The notes beneath the pieces are model-generated. The model was not told the DNA's origin and did no database searches. It saw only the letters and a program-made list of their open reading frames with translations. A stretch of DNA of 64,000 nt from Candidatus Dojkabacteria bacterium (GTDB taxonomy: Bacteria; Patescibacteriota; Dojkabacteria; SC72), in assembly GCA_040767225.1 (NCBI GenBank), contig JAXGOY010000001.1, forward strand, positions 31,128 through 95,127, read 5' to 3'. Position numbers and translations under genes: made by a program. The first letter of the stretch is position 1. Each line of letters opens with the position of its first letter. This document shows positions 1 through 10,016 of the stretch, piece by piece.

Positions 1-287
1 ATACCTCTTCCATTCATAACTGGAGTAATGTCCTTACTTGCAATATATATTCTCTGACCAGGCTTACTAACTCTTTCAAGTGTAGTTATAACTGGATCAT
101 TCCCATCATACAAAAGTTCAACATTAACCCCTTCCTCTGTTTCTTTATAATCTTTTATCATTTCTTCACTCTTTAATACCCTTAGAATCTCCATATTTAT
201 CTTTGTTCTAGGAACAATAACTGATTCCTTCTTTCTTTCTATTCCATTTTGTATTCTTGCTAAAAGGTCTGCAATTAAATCATTCAT
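1..287 (-). CDS. rpsH: 30S ribosomal protein S8 (3' end outside window)
   Basis: Manual translation from ATG at 287: MNDLIADLLARIQNG...ERVSKPGQRIY...VMNGRG; follows S14 as in the spc operon. Confidence 0.95.
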   Translation of the reverse strand, partial: MNDLIADLLARIQNGIERKKESVIVPRTKINMEILRVLKSEEMIKDYKETEEGVNVELLYDGNDPVITTLERVSKPGQRIYIASKDITPVMNGRG

Positions 288-304
288 CTTTTAAATATAT
301 TAAA

Positions 305-499
305 TTACCATATAGATTTCTTAACTCCAGGGATTTCTCCCTTACTTGCTAGCTTTCTAAAACATATTCTACAGATACCATAATGTCTTAAATACCCCCT
401 TGACCTACCGCATAACTCACATCTGTTATACACTCTTGTTTTGTATTTACTTTTTTTCTTCAATTGTTTTGCTTTGTATTCTTTAGCTTCTGTTGACAT
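305..499 (-). CDS. rpsN: 30S ribosomal protein S14, zinc-ribbon type
   Basis: [10 protein letters not shown]...GICRICFR...IPGVKKSIW; start moved to MSTEAK at 499. Confidence 0.95.
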   Translation of the reverse strand: MSTEAKEYKAKQLKKKSKYKTRVYNRCELCGRSRGYLRHYGICRICFRKLASKGEIPGVKKSIW

Positions 500-1037
500 C
501 TTTCTTAAAAGGAAAACCAAATTTATCCAATAGTGCTTTAGCACTCTTATCATCTTTTGCAGTAGTAACAATAGTTACCTCTAAACTCCTTATCTTTCTT
601 ACATTATTAGCATCAATTTCAGGAAATACTGTATGGTCTTCAATACCAAGAGAATAATTTCCTGCACCATCAAATGCAGATGCACTCAATCCTCTGAAAT
701 CTTTAGTTCTAGGAAGAACAATATTAATTAATTTATCAAAGAACTCCCACATTCTATCACCTCTTAGAATAACTGAAACACCTATTTCCATTCCTTCTCT
801 AACTTTAAATGATGACACTGCCTTTTTTGCTTTATTAACCACAGGCTTTTGACCTGATATCTGTGTAACTAAGTCAATAATCTCATTCATTGCTTCAGCC
901 TCTTTTAATGCAGCTCCTGCTCCAACATTAATAACAATCTTGCTTAAAGTAGGAACCTCCATAATATTAGAGTATCCTAGTTCCTCTTTTAACTCTTTTT
1001 TTATTCTTTTGTCATATTCCTCTTTTAATCTTGCCAT
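483..1037 (-). CDS. rplE: 50S ribosomal protein L5
   Basis: [31 protein letters not shown] motifs. Confidence 0.97.
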   Translation of the reverse strand: MARLKEEYDKRIKKELKEELGYSNIMEVPTLSKIVINVGAGAALKEAEAMNEIIDLVTQISGQKPVVNKAKKAVSSFKVREGMEIGVSVILRGDRMWEFFDKLINIVLPRTKDFRGLSASAFDGAGNYSLGIEDHTVFPEIDANNVRKIRSLEVTIVTTAKDDKSAKALLDKFGFPFKKDVNRS

Positions 1038-1426
1038 TATTCTTTTTTAGTTTTTGATTTAGTTTTACTTTTTACAGTTTTCTTAACTTCTTTCTTTTCT
1101 TCTTTTACCTCTTCCTTAGTAATAATCTCAATTACCTTTCCGCACTTTTTACATATTCTTTCAACCTTACCATTCTCTCTTTTAATACCTACTCTTGTTG
1201 GCTTACTACAGTTAGGGCATACAAGCATAACCTTAGATACATCCATAGGTTTAGCAATATCTATTATTGCAGACTTTTTCTCTTTTCCATCACCCTTTAC
1301 ATGCTTTTTATACATATTTAAACCATCTACAATAACCTTCCCATTCTTTACAGCAGAAACAACACCCTGTTTTCCAGTGTCCTTCCCATAAAGTATTTTT
1401 ACTGTATCTCCTTTTTTAATCTTCAT
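1037..1426 (-). CDS. rplX: 50S ribosomal protein L24
   Basis: MKIKKGDTVKILYGKDTGKQG KOW motif; CPNC...CKKC; Lys-rich tail. Confidence 0.96.
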   Translation of the reverse strand: MKIKKGDTVKILYGKDTGKQGVVSAVKNGKVIVDGLNMYKKHVKGDGKEKKSAIIDIAKPMDVSKVMLVCPNCSKPTRVGIKRENGKVERICKKCGKVIEIITKEEVKEEKKEVKKTVKSKTKSKTKKE

Positions 1427-1442
1427 ATATTTAATTCATAAA

Positions 1443-1811
1443 TTACAAAACCTCAGGAGCAAGAGAAACTATTTTATCAAACCCTTTCTCTTTTAATTCT
1501 CTTGCCACTGGACCGAATATTCTTGTTCCAACAGGATTCTTTTTATTATCAATTATCACTGCTGCATTATCATCAAATCTTATATATGTTCCATCTTTTC
1601 TTTTATGCTCTTTTGTGACTCTAATAATTACTGCAGTTAAGACATCATGCTTCTTAACTCCACTATTTGGTAAAGCTTTCTGTACTGCAATTTTAACAGT
1701 ACTCCCAAGACCAATAAACTTGATCTTAGAGTATCCTGGAGCTCCTATTAGCTTTCCTACTTTTGCTCCACTGTTATCTGCAATTGTTATATTACTTTCT
1801 CTTTGTATCAT
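1443..1811 (-). CDS. rplN: 50S ribosomal protein L14
   Basis: [35 protein letters not shown]. Confidence 0.98.
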   Translation of the reverse strand: MIQRESNITIADNSGAKVGKLIGAPGYSKIKFIGLGSTVKIAVQKALPNSGVKKHDVLTAVIIRVTKEHKRKDGTYIRFDDNAAVIIDNKKNPVGTRIFGPVARELKEKGFDKIVSLAPEVL

Positions 1812-1813
1812 TT

Positions 1814-2062
1814 TTATTTAGTATTAACTACAACCCATTTAACATTCTTAGAGTAAGGTCTTGATTCTCTTATCACTACCTTATCTCCGACATTTAACTC
1901 TTTATTAGTATGTGCAAAGAACACTTTCTTTCTATTTACAACCTTTCTGTATACGGGATGAGATTGTAAGGTATCAACCCTAACCCTTACAGTACCTTGC
2001 ATACTGTTGCTTACAACTACTCCTTCAAATTGTTTCTTTCTATTTTTATTTTTCTTTTCCAT
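1814..2062 (-). CDS. rpsQ: 30S ribosomal protein S17
   Basis: [28 protein letters not shown]. Confidence 0.96.
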   Translation of the reverse strand: MEKKNKNRKKQFEGVVVSNSMQGTVRVRVDTLQSHPVYRKVVNRKKVFFAHTNKELNVGDKVVIRESRPYSKNVKWVVVNTK

Positions 2063-2091
2063 TTTTATTTCTAATATTTAAAACGGCTAGT

Positions 2092-2120
2092 ATTCTATCA
2101 ATATTAAGCAAATCTAACAA
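2092..2120 (-). promoter_or_regulatory. Putative sigma70 promoter upstream of rpsQ
   Basis: Minus strand TTGTTA-17 nt-TAGAAT with an extended -10 TG, in the 60-nt rplP-rpsQ gap. Confidence 0.55.
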
Positions 2121-2122
2121 GC

Positions 2123-2536
2123 CTATATCTCTTTTTTAGACACAAATTTAGTTTTAACTGGCAGTTTATTTGCCCCCAACCTTAATGCCTCTCTTGCGAC
2201 ATCCTCTGACACTCCACTCACTTCATAGATAATGTTACCCGGCTTTACAACTGCTACATATCCCTCAACCTCTCCTTTTCCACCTATCATTTTGCTATTA
2301 ATACCCCTTCTTGTATATGGTTTATGAGGAAATATCTTAACCCAAACCTTACCTTTTCTTTTCATATGCCCTGTTATAGCCCTTCTTCCTGCTTCTATTT
2401 GGTTAGCTTCTATCCATCCATGCTCCATAGATTTAATACCATACTCACCAAAAGCAATGGTATTATTTGCTGAAGCAACTCCATTCATTTTCCCTCTAAA
2501 TTCTTTTCTATATTTTCTAATTCTTGGCTGTAACAT
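2123..2536 (-). CDS. rplP: 50S ribosomal protein L16
   Basis: MLQPR..KYRK, QIEAGRRAI, GKVWVKIFP, KLPVKTKF. Confidence 0.97.
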   Translation of the reverse strand: MLQPRIRKYRKEFRGKMNGVASANNTIAFGEYGIKSMEHGWIEANQIEAGRRAITGHMKRKGKVWVKIFPHKPYTRRGINSKMIGGKGEVEGYVAVVKPGNIIYEVSGVSEDVAREALRLGANKLPVKTKFVSKKEI

Positions 2537-2538
2537 AT

Positions 2539-3186
2539 TTATTCTTCTTCTTCAATTTTATTTTTTTCTCCTTTATACACCCAAACCTTTACACCCATTA
2601 ATCCAGCATCTAATGTTTGAGCAACCTCTTTTGCATAATCAATATCAGCTCTAAGTGTATGAGCAGGAACAGATCCTGCATTAGTTTTTATAGTTCTTGC
2701 TTGACTTGCATTATTTATTCTCCCAGACACCCATATTCTTATACCCTTTGCTCCTGCAAGCATAGCTTTTTCTCTTGCACTAGCCATCAAAAGCTTAGGA
2801 GGCTGTCTTCTCTCAATACCATCTGCAATTCCTCTCGCTATTATTCTTGCAGATATATCAGGTTTCTTAACTTCCCTTATCTTAACTTCAACATCCTTTT
2901 TAGTTATTCTTTTAAGATCCTTCTGTAACAAATCTATTCCTTCTCCACCCCTTCCTATCGCAACACCAGGTCTTGCAACAAACACTTCTATCTCAATTTT
3001 ATTTGCAGCTCTCTTTATACCAATAGAATCAATGCCTGCATCTTTCATTCTTTCACTTACAATCTTTTTTATCTGCAAATCCTGATACAAAGAAGCAGGG
3101 TACTCAGCTTTAGGAGAGTACCATACAGACTTCCATGTCTTGTTAATTCCTATTCTAATTATATTTGCATTTATCTTTCTTCCCAT
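2539..3186 (-). CDS. rpsC: 30S ribosomal protein S3
   Basis: MGRKINA, ARPGVAIGRGG KH domain, HTLRADIDY, GVKVWVYKG. Confidence 0.97.
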   Translation of the reverse strand: MGRKINANIIRIGINKTWKSVWYSPKAEYPASLYQDLQIKKIVSERMKDAGIDSIGIKRAANKIEIEVFVARPGVAIGRGGEGIDLLQKDLKRITKKDVEVKIREVKKPDISARIIARGIADGIERRQPPKLLMASAREKAMLAGAKGIRIWVSGRINNASQARTIKTNAGSVPAHTLRADIDYAKEVAQTLDAGLMGVKVWVYKGEKNKIEEEE

Positions 3187-3527
3187 TACTTAACTTCTAA
3201 TTCTAAATTAATATGAGACCTTCTCTTTAATATTCTGCTTGAACGACCTCTTGATGCATATCTTCCTCTTTTATATATTGGTGCCCCATCAATTGATATA
3301 TGAGATATTTTAAGCCCATCTTTATCTACTCCATATTTTTCATTTGCAGCAGCTACACCTGACAGAAGAGCTTTCTTCAAAAATATACTTCCCTTTTTAT
3401 TTGTAAACTGCAAAATATCTAAAGCCTCATTTACATCTTTTCCTCTTATTAAATCAGCAACCAACCTCAATTTAAGAGGGGATTGTGCAACATTTTTAAT
3501 TTTTATTTTTACTTTCTTTTCTTCCAT
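3186..3527 (-). CDS. rplV: 50S ribosomal protein L22
   Basis: SPLKLRLVADLIRGK, ILKRRSHI; start at MEEKK (3527). Confidence 0.95.
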   Translation of the reverse strand: MEEKKVKIKIKNVAQSPLKLRLVADLIRGKDVNEALDILQFTNKKGSIFLKKALLSGVAAANEKYGVDKDGLKISHISIDGAPIYKRGRYASRGRSSRILKRRSHINLELEVK

Positions 3528-3531
3528 ATTA

Positions 3532-3837
3532 TTATTCTTCAAATCTACCACTACTACCATATACTTTAGCTAACTTACCCTTCTTTGCATGACCTTTAAA
3601 CTTTCTTGTCTGTGTAAATTCACCAAGCCTATGTCCAATCATAGATTCTTCAATTAAAACCTCTTCATGCTTTTTACCATTATGAACAGCAAAGGTAAGT
3701 CCCACCATCTGTGGTGTAACTGTAGATGCTCTTGCCCATGTTTTAATAGGCTTCCTACTACCACTTTGTAGTGCCTGTTCTACTTTCTTCTGTAATTTTT
3801 CATCTACATATACTCCTTTTTTTAGTGACCTAGACAT
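3532..3837 (-). CDS. rpsS: 30S ribosomal protein S19
   Basis: [28 protein letters not shown]. Confidence 0.98.
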   Translation of the reverse strand: MSRSLKKGVYVDEKLQKKVEQALQSGSRKPIKTWARASTVTPQMVGLTFAVHNGKKHEEVLIEESMIGHRLGEFTQTRKFKGHAKKGKLAKVYGSSGRFEE

Positions 3838-3854
3838 ATTTACATTTTTCTAAA

Positions 3855-4703
3855 TTATTTCTTAGCAAAAGGCCTCTGTCGAGTCCTTCTCCTTTTAATT
3901 ATTAATTTGTCAGTTCTTTTGTTCTTTCTTGTTCTTGTACCAACTCTATGACCCCATATATCTTTTGCTCTACCAACAACTCCACGACCTTCTCCACCTC
4001 CATGAGGGTGCTCTACTGCATGCATTGCCATTCCTCTAACAACAGGTCTCTTACCTAAGTTCCTACTTCTCCCTGCTTTTCCAAGCTTTACATTAATCTT
4101 CTCTTCATTTCCAACCTGCCCTATTGTTGCCATTGCATCTGCAGGAACAAGCCTAATTTCACCTGATGGCATTTTTATCTGTACATACTTACCAGTAGGA
4201 TCAATACCCTGAACAACAATTGCTTGACCTGCCGACCTTCCAAAGGTAGCTCCCATTCCAACCTTACTCTCAACACAATGTACTATAGTACCTGAAGGAA
4301 TATTCTTAATTCTCATTGCATTCCCTGGAAGAATATCTGTAACATCATTAGAAATCACCTTGCTACCTACCTTTATTCCTCGAGGAGCAATTATATACCT
4401 TTTTTCACCATCAGCATACTGTAAAAGTGCTAAATGTGCACTCCTGTTAGGATCAAAATACAGACCTAATACCTTTGCTTCAATTCCAAACTTATCTCTC
4501 TTAAAATCAATCTTCCTTACCCTTCTTTTATACCCTCCGCCTCTATGCCTTACAGTAATTCTTCCCTGATTATTCCTTCCAGACTTCTGTTTTTTAGCAA
4601 CAGTTAACGATTTCGGCCCACTATCCTTTTCAAGCATAGACCTATCTTCTAATTTTGTTCCTCTTAATGTAGAGGTTGTTGGTTTAAATTCTTTTACTCC
4701 CAT
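3855..4703 (-). CDS. rplB: 50S ribosomal protein L2
   Basis: GRNNQGRITVRHRGGG, DPNRSA, RPVVRG, HPHGGGEG. Confidence 0.98.
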   Translation of the reverse strand: MGVKEFKPTTSTLRGTKLEDRSMLEKDSGPKSLTVAKKQKSGRNNQGRITVRHRGGGYKRRVRKIDFKRDKFGIEAKVLGLYFDPNRSAHLALLQYADGEKRYIIAPRGIKVGSKVISNDVTDILPGNAMRIKNIPSGTIVHCVESKVGMGATFGRSAGQAIVVQGIDPTGKYVQIKMPSGEIRLVPADAMATIGQVGNEEKINVKLGKAGRSRNLGKRPVVRGMAMHAVEHPHGGGEGRGVVGRAKDIWGHRVGTRTRKNKRTDKLIIKRRRTRQRPFAKK

Positions 4704-4999
4704 TATTTAACAGTTAAAAATTCATCAATCTTATCACCCTTTTTAAGAGTAACAACAGCTTTCTTTAAATCACTCTTTCTAAAAGTCCTATTAGTTTTCC
4801 ATTCATTTATCTTTTTACCTGGTTTAACAGTAATATTTACACTAAGAACCTTTACTTTGTATTTTTTCTCAACAGCTTTCTTAATCTCTATCTTGTTAAC
4901 ATCTCTGCCGACAAAAAACACATATTTATTTTCCTCATTTGCAAGAGCATAGCTCTTTTCAGATATAACGGGTTTTAGCATAATTTCTTTATTTTCCAT
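4703..4999 (-). CDS. rplW: 50S ribosomal protein L23
   Basis: PVISEKS, NKIEIKKAVE, KKAVVTL. Confidence 0.96.
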   Translation of the reverse strand: MENKEIMLKPVISEKSYALANEENKYVFFVGRDVNKIEIKKAVEKKYKVKVLSVNITVKPGKKINEWKTNRTFRKSDLKKAVVTLKKGDKIDEFLTVK

Positions 5000-5594
5000 T
5001 TAAAAGCCTATTCTCTAATTTATTAACAGAATCTTTATCAATAACTATAGCTTTACTCTTTACAACATCTTTTACATTTACTCTCATTGGATTAACAATG
5101 TTAACCCCTTTAATATTTCTAACTGCCAATTTCAAATTTTCAATATCACTAATTACAAGGGTACTTTTTGATATATTCTTTTCCATTTTTTCTCTAATAT
5201 CTTTAATCTCTCCTTTAGAGTTAACATTTACCACTTTAACGGCATCATTTCTATTTCTTTCTGAAAGTACAATACACATAGCTTCTTTAGACATCTTTTT
5301 GTTAATCTTTCTTTTCCAATTCTTAATATTAGGACCAAATGTAACACCACCTCCTACCCAAAGAGGTGACCTTATTGATCCCTGTCTTGCTCTTCCTGTA
5401 CCCTTCTGTTTCCAAGGTTTTTTTCCTCCTCCTGACACATCCCCTCTACCTTTAACAGAAGATGTCCCTTTTCTTTCATTGCTGTTAAGTACATAAAGAA
5501 CTTGTGCAACTAAATCAGCATTGTAAGGTACATCCCATACTTTAGGATTTAACTTGATTTCTTCAATTTTTTCTTTCTTTACTTTTTCTTCCAT
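4989..5594 (-). CDS. rplD: 50S ribosomal protein L4
   Basis: VSGGGKKPWKQKGTGRARQGSIRSPLWVGGG. Confidence 0.97.
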   Translation of the reverse strand: MEEKVKKEKIEEIKLNPKVWDVPYNADLVAQVLYVLNSNERKGTSSVKGRGDVSGGGKKPWKQKGTGRARQGSIRSPLWVGGGVTFGPNIKNWKRKINKKMSKEAMCIVLSERNRNDAVKVVNVNSKGEIKDIREKMEKNISKSTLVISDIENLKLAVRNIKGVNIVNPMRVNVKDVVKSKAIVIDKDSVNKLENRLLNGK

Positions 5595-5596
5595 AT

Positions 5597-6184
5597 TTAC
5601 TCAGTATATATTTTTACTAAATCACCATTAGAACCTGGGAGCGGACCACTAATTAAAAGAATATTCTCTTTTATGCCTACAATTCTTTTGTTCTTAATTG
5701 TTACAGTATCATGACCCATTCTTCCTGCCATTCTCTTTCCTTTATACACCCTTCCAGGAGTAGTTCTTGCTCCAATTGCACCTGGTGCTCTTAATCTATC
5801 GGATTGTCCATGAGTTCTAGGACCTCCTTTAAAACCATGCCTTTTTACAACCCCTTGAAACCCTTTACCTTTAGAAATTCCTGTTACAGTCACAGTGTCT
5901 CCTTCATTAAAGGTTTCTGCTACTAACTCACTTCCTGCTTTAAACCCTTCAGGAAGCTCACTTTCAACTACCCATTTATACATTGGTACATATCCCAGTT
6001 CTTTATACTGCCCTAGCTGTGCCTTTGTACCCTTCTTTTTATTTCCCAAACCAAGTTCCACCTTTCCATCTTTTCTGATATTCGCTACCTTGCAACCAGT
6101 AACATCAACCAAAGTAACAGGCACAACCCTGTCATCTACAAAAATCCTTGTCATTCCTTTTTTTATTCCCAATATTGCTTTCAT
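5597..6184 (-). CDS. rplC: 50S ribosomal protein L3
   Basis: GIKKGMT, SKGKGFQGVVKRHGF, PGRVYKGKRMAG; start at MKAILG (6184). Confidence 0.97.
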   Translation of the reverse strand: MKAILGIKKGMTRIFVDDRVVPVTLVDVTGCKVANIRKDGKVELGLGNKKKGTKAQLGQYKELGYVPMYKWVVESELPEGFKAGSELVAETFNEGDTVTVTGISKGKGFQGVVKRHGFKGGPRTHGQSDRLRAPGAIGARTTPGRVYKGKRMAGRMGHDTVTIKNKRIVGIKENILLISGPLPGSNGDLVKIYTE

Positions 6185-6188
6185 ATAT

Positions 6189-6500
6189 TTACTGTATTTC
6201 AATACCAACACCAGCAGGCATCTGAAGATGCTGCAGTGCATCTATTGTCTTAGGTGTAGGATCAATGATATCAATTACTCTTTTATGAGTATTAATCTCA
6301 AAATGTTCAATTGAACTCTTATAGATAAATGGAGATCTATTAACTGCAATCTTTCTTTTCCTTGTAGGAAGAGGTATAGGGCCTGCGACCTTAGCACCTG
6401 TACTAATTGCAGTCTCAATTATACTTCTTGAGGACTTATCTAAAACTAAAGAATCATATCCTTTTAACTTTACTCTGATTTTTGAACTTGTCTCACTCAT
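6189..6500 (-). CDS. rpsJ: 30S ribosomal protein S10
   Basis: [24 protein letters not shown]. Confidence 0.97.
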   Translation of the reverse strand: MSETSSKIRVKLKGYDSLVLDKSSRSIIETAISTGAKVAGPIPLPTRKRKIAVNRSPFIYKSSIEHFEINTHKRVIDIIDPTPKTIDALQHLQMPAGVGIEIQ

Positions 6501-6527
6501 TCTATCTTAAAGAGCTAAATTAAACTT

Positions 6528-6557
6528 AAAACCGCAGGGAGATTTTACTCTCCCTGC
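6528..6557 (-). terminator. Probable intrinsic terminator after tuf
   Basis: Perfect 9-bp stem GCAGGGAGA-gtaaaa-TCTCCCTGC followed by GGTTTT on the minus strand, 8 nt after the tuf stop. Confidence 0.7.
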
Positions 6558-6564
6558 AAGAGAA

Positions 6565-7731
6565 TTACTTAAGAATCTCTGTTACAACTCCTTTCCCTAC
6601 TGTAGCTCCTCCCTCTCTAATTGCAAAACTCTGACCTTTCTCTAATACAACTGGAACAACTAATTTAACTGTAAACTCAACATTATCTCCTGGAGCAACC
6701 AATTCAGTACCTTCAGGTAATGAAACCTCACCTGTAACATCTGCTGTTCTAACATAGAACTGAGGCTTATACCCTGTTACAAATGGTGTATGTCTTCCAC
6801 CTTCCTCTTTGCTCAAAATATATACCTGAGCTTTAAATTCTGTATGAACTTCTCCTGTACCTGGAGCAACAAGAACCTGTCCTCTTTCAACATCTGTTCT
6901 CTTCAAACCTCGAAGAAGTATTCCGACATTATCACCTGCCTCTGCTTCTTTCATTGATTTGTTGAAAGTTTCAATACCAGTAGCTGCAGTCTTCTGAGGC
7001 TTTCTTCCCATTCCTAGTATTTCTACCTCTTCGTTTAATTTCAATTTTCCTCTTTCAATTCTTCCTGTTACAACTGTACCTCTACCTTCAATAGAGAACA
7101 CATCCTCAATTGGCATAAGGAATGGCTTATCAACCTCTCTTTGAGGTATCTCAATGTACTCATCAACAGCTTTCATGAGTTCTCTAACTGAAGTAAGTCC
7201 CTCTTCCTCTCCTTTCTCAGCTTTAAGTGCATTACCGACAATTATTGGTGCATTTCTATCATATCCATTCTTCTCAAGAAGATCTGCAACATCTGTTTTA
7301 ATTAATTCTAAAATCTCAGGGTCTGCCTCACCAAAGGTATTAATAAAAGCAAGCATCTTAGGGACACCAACCTGCCTTGCTAAAAGAACATGCTCTCTTG
7401 TCTGAGGCATAACACCATCATCAGATGATACGACTAATATTGCACCATCCATCTGAGCTGCACCTGTAATCATATTCTTAATGTAGTCTTTATGACCTGG
7501 GCAATCTACTAATGCATAGTGTCTGTTCTCTGTCTCAAATTCAACATGAGCAATTGCAACTGTAATTGATTTTGCCCGTGATTCAGGATCTTTATCCAAT
7601 TTATCAATCATTTTATCTCTCTCTGGGGAGAAAGCATTAAGAATACCACGTACTAAAGTGGTCTTCCCATGATCAATATGGCCTAATGTACCAATATTGA
7701 CATGAGGTTTTGTTCTCTCATAGTCTGCCAT
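6565..7731 (-). CDS. tuf: Elongation factor Tu (divergent G-domain)
   Basis: [47 protein letters not shown]; located between fusA and rpsJ. Confidence 0.97.
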   Translation of the reverse strand: MADYERTKPHVNIGTLGHIDHGKTTLVRGILNAFSPERDKMIDKLDKDPESRAKSITVAIAHVEFETENRHYALVDCPGHKDYIKNMITGAAQMDGAILVVSSDDGVMPQTREHVLLARQVGVPKMLAFINTFGEADPEILELIKTDVADLLEKNGYDRNAPIIVGNALKAEKGEEEGLTSVRELMKAVDEYIEIPQREVDKPFLMPIEDVFSIEGRGTVVTGRIERGKLKLNEEVEILGMGRKPQKTAATGIETFNKSMKEAEAGDNVGILLRGLKRTDVERGQVLVAPGTGEVHTEFKAQVYILSKEEGGRHTPFVTGYKPQFYVRTADVTGEVSLPEGTELVAPGDNVEFTVKLVVPVVLEKGQSFAIREGGATVGKGVVTEILK

Positions 7732-7817
7732 GAGTATATTTTAATTAATTTATATATATTCTTATTGTTTTTTAACAATATTTTTCTCTTACTGTATAAC
7801 AGTACAATACGCAACGA

Positions 7818-7846
7818 ATATTATCAAAAAACAAGTATTTATGCAA
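7818..7846 (-). promoter_or_regulatory. Putative tuf promoter
   Basis: TTGCAT-17 nt-TAATAT on the minus strand in the fusA-tuf spacer. Confidence 0.5.
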
Positions 7847-7856
7847 GTATTACTTA

Positions 7857-9953
7857 TTATTTTTTTAAGCCAGCTATCTCATCTGCAATATTTTTAGGTA
7901 CTTCAGCATAGTGAGAAGGCTCCATATATGCGACACCTCTCCCACTTGTTAGAGATCTTAACTCACTTGTATAACCAAATAATTCTGACAAAGGAACTAA
8001 TGCATTTATAACAGTAATACCGTTTCCAATATCTTCAGTACCCTGAATTTGACCTCTCTTGCTACTTAGCGAACCTGTAATATCTCCCATGTATTGGCTT
8101 GGTGCCTCAACTGAAACATCCATAATTGGCTCTAAAAGAATTGGCTGTGCTTTTTTACATCCTTCTCTAAACGCAATAGCACCTGCAATCTTAAATGCTA
8201 CCTCAGATGAGTCAACTTCGTGATATGATCCATCAAATAATGTAACCTTAACATCAACTACAGGATATCCAGCTACAACACCTGTTTTCATAGCCTCGAC
8301 AACACCCTTTTCAATAGCAGGAATAAATTCTTTAGGGATTGCACCACCCTTTATTGCGTTTATAAACTCAAAACCTTTACCCTTTTCATTAGGTTCAATT
8401 TTAAGCCAGCAGTGACCATATTGTCCCTTACCACCTGATTGTCTAATATACTTACCTTCAGACTGCTCACATACACCCTTTATAGTCTCTCTGTATGCAA
8501 CCTGTGGTTTTCCTACATTAGCTAGAACATTAAACTCCCTTTTCATTCTGTCTACCATAATATCTAAGTGAAGTTCTCCCATTCCAGAAATAATAGTTTG
8601 ACCTGTTTCTTGATTAGTTTCGACCTTAAATGTTGGGTCTTCTCTTGTGAGCTTGTTTAATGCTTCTGCCATCTTCTCTTCATCAGACTTAGTTGCAGGC
8701 TCTATTGCTTGAGAAATTACTGGCTCTGCAAATGTGATTTGCTCAAGGATAATAGGGTTAGCCTCATCACAAAGAGTATCTCCTGTTGTAGAATATTTAA
8801 GCCCTACTATTGCACCAATATCTCCAGCTCTAAGCATCTCAACCTCCTCTCTATCATCTGCATGCATTAGCACCAATCTACTTACTCTTTCTCTAACACC
8901 TTTTGTAGAGTTATACACATATGATCCTGCCTTAAGAGTACCAGAATAAACCCTAAAATATGAAAGATTCCCAATGTGAGGGTCACTAACAAGCTTAAAT
9001 ACAAGTCCACAAAAAGGCTCATTTTCATCTGGTTTCCTTTCAATTTCAGAACCAGTTCTAGGATCATCTCCCTGTACAGGAGGTAAATCTAGAGGAGATG
9101 GTAGACAAAGAGCAATGTAATCCAAAATTGTTTTAGCCATTACAGTTCTAGAATCACCACCTAAAACAGGAAATAGCTTCCCTTCAATAGTACCCTTTCT
9201 TAAGGCAACTTTTAGCTCTTCAACAGTAATTTCTTCACCAGCAAAATACTTCTCCATTAATTTATCATCCATTTCAACAAGAGCTTCAATAAGAGCAGCC
9301 CTTTGTACCTCTGCCTTGCTCTTTAAATCATCAGGAATAGGAATCTCTTTTAGTTCTTGTGCTTCTACACTATCATATGAAAATGCCTTATTGTAAAGTA
9401 AATCTACATATCCATGAAGCTGACTTTCTCTTCCTATTGGAATAGTAAGTGCTACTGCCTTATTGCTTAATCTCTGTTTTATAGTTTCAAAACTCTTATC
9501 AAAATCTCCTCCTATAAGGTTTATTTTGTTTAAAAAGCATATTCTAGGAACATGATATTTATTAGCTTGTCTCCATACTGTTTCAGACTGAGGCTCAACA
9601 CCTTTTCTTCCATCAAAAACAACAACTGCACCATCAAGTACCCTTAAAGACCTTTCAACCTCTGCAGTAAAATCTACATGACCAGGTGTATCTATAATAT
9701 TAATTCTATATCTCTTTCCATCAAAATCCCAAAAACATGTAACAGCAGCAGATTGAATAGTAATTCCCCTTTCTCTTTCCTGCTCCATAAAGTCAGTAGT
9801 AGTAGCACCTTCGTCTACCTCTCCAATTTTATGAATCTGCCCTGTAAAGTACAAAAGTCTTTCAGTAGTAGTTGTTTTTCCTGCATCTATATGAGCGATA
9901 ATTCCAATATTCCTTATCTGCTCAAGAGGCATTTTTACATCATAGGTTTGCAT
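7857..9953 (-). CDS. fusA: Elongation factor G
   Basis: [59 protein letters not shown]. Confidence 0.98.
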   Translation of the reverse strand: MQTYDVKMPLEQIRNIGIIAHIDAGKTTTTERLLYFTGQIHKIGEVDEGATTTDFMEQERERGITIQSAAVTCFWDFDGKRYRINIIDTPGHVDFTAEVERSLRVLDGAVVVFDGRKGVEPQSETVWRQANKYHVPRICFLNKINLIGGDFDKSFETIKQRLSNKAVALTIPIGRESQLHGYVDLLYNKAFSYDSVEAQELKEIPIPDDLKSKAEVQRAALIEALVEMDDKLMEKYFAGEEITVEELKVALRKGTIEGKLFPVLGGDSRTVMAKTILDYIALCLPSPLDLPPVQGDDPRTGSEIERKPDENEPFCGLVFKLVSDPHIGNLSYFRVYSGTLKAGSYVYNSTKGVRERVSRLVLMHADDREEVEMLRAGDIGAIVGLKYSTTGDTLCDEANPIILEQITFAEPVISQAIEPATKSDEEKMAEALNKLTREDPTFKVETNQETGQTIISGMGELHLDIMVDRMKREFNVLANVGKPQVAYRETIKGVCEQSEGKYIRQSGGKGQYGHCWLKIEPNEKGKGFEFINAIKGGAIPKEFIPAIEKGVVEAMKTGVVAGYPVVDVKVTLFDGSYHEVDSSEVAFKIAGAIAFREGCKKAQPILLEPIMDVSVEAPSQYMGDITGSLSSKRGQIQGTEDIGNGITVINALVPLSELFGYTSELRSLTSGRGVAYMEPSHYAEVPKNIADEIAGLKK

Positions 9954-10016
9954 ATTTTAAAAGTATAAATTAAAGCCTAAATGGAAATCTTAGGACACGA
10001 GAGCGATTATACCAAA

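Noticed and set aside
500-571. Upstream extensions given by the ORF track for rpsN (also rplV, rplC, lepA, dcd, glyA)
   Set aside because: The extensions overlap upstream genes or lack homology; downstream ATGs match the family N-termini.
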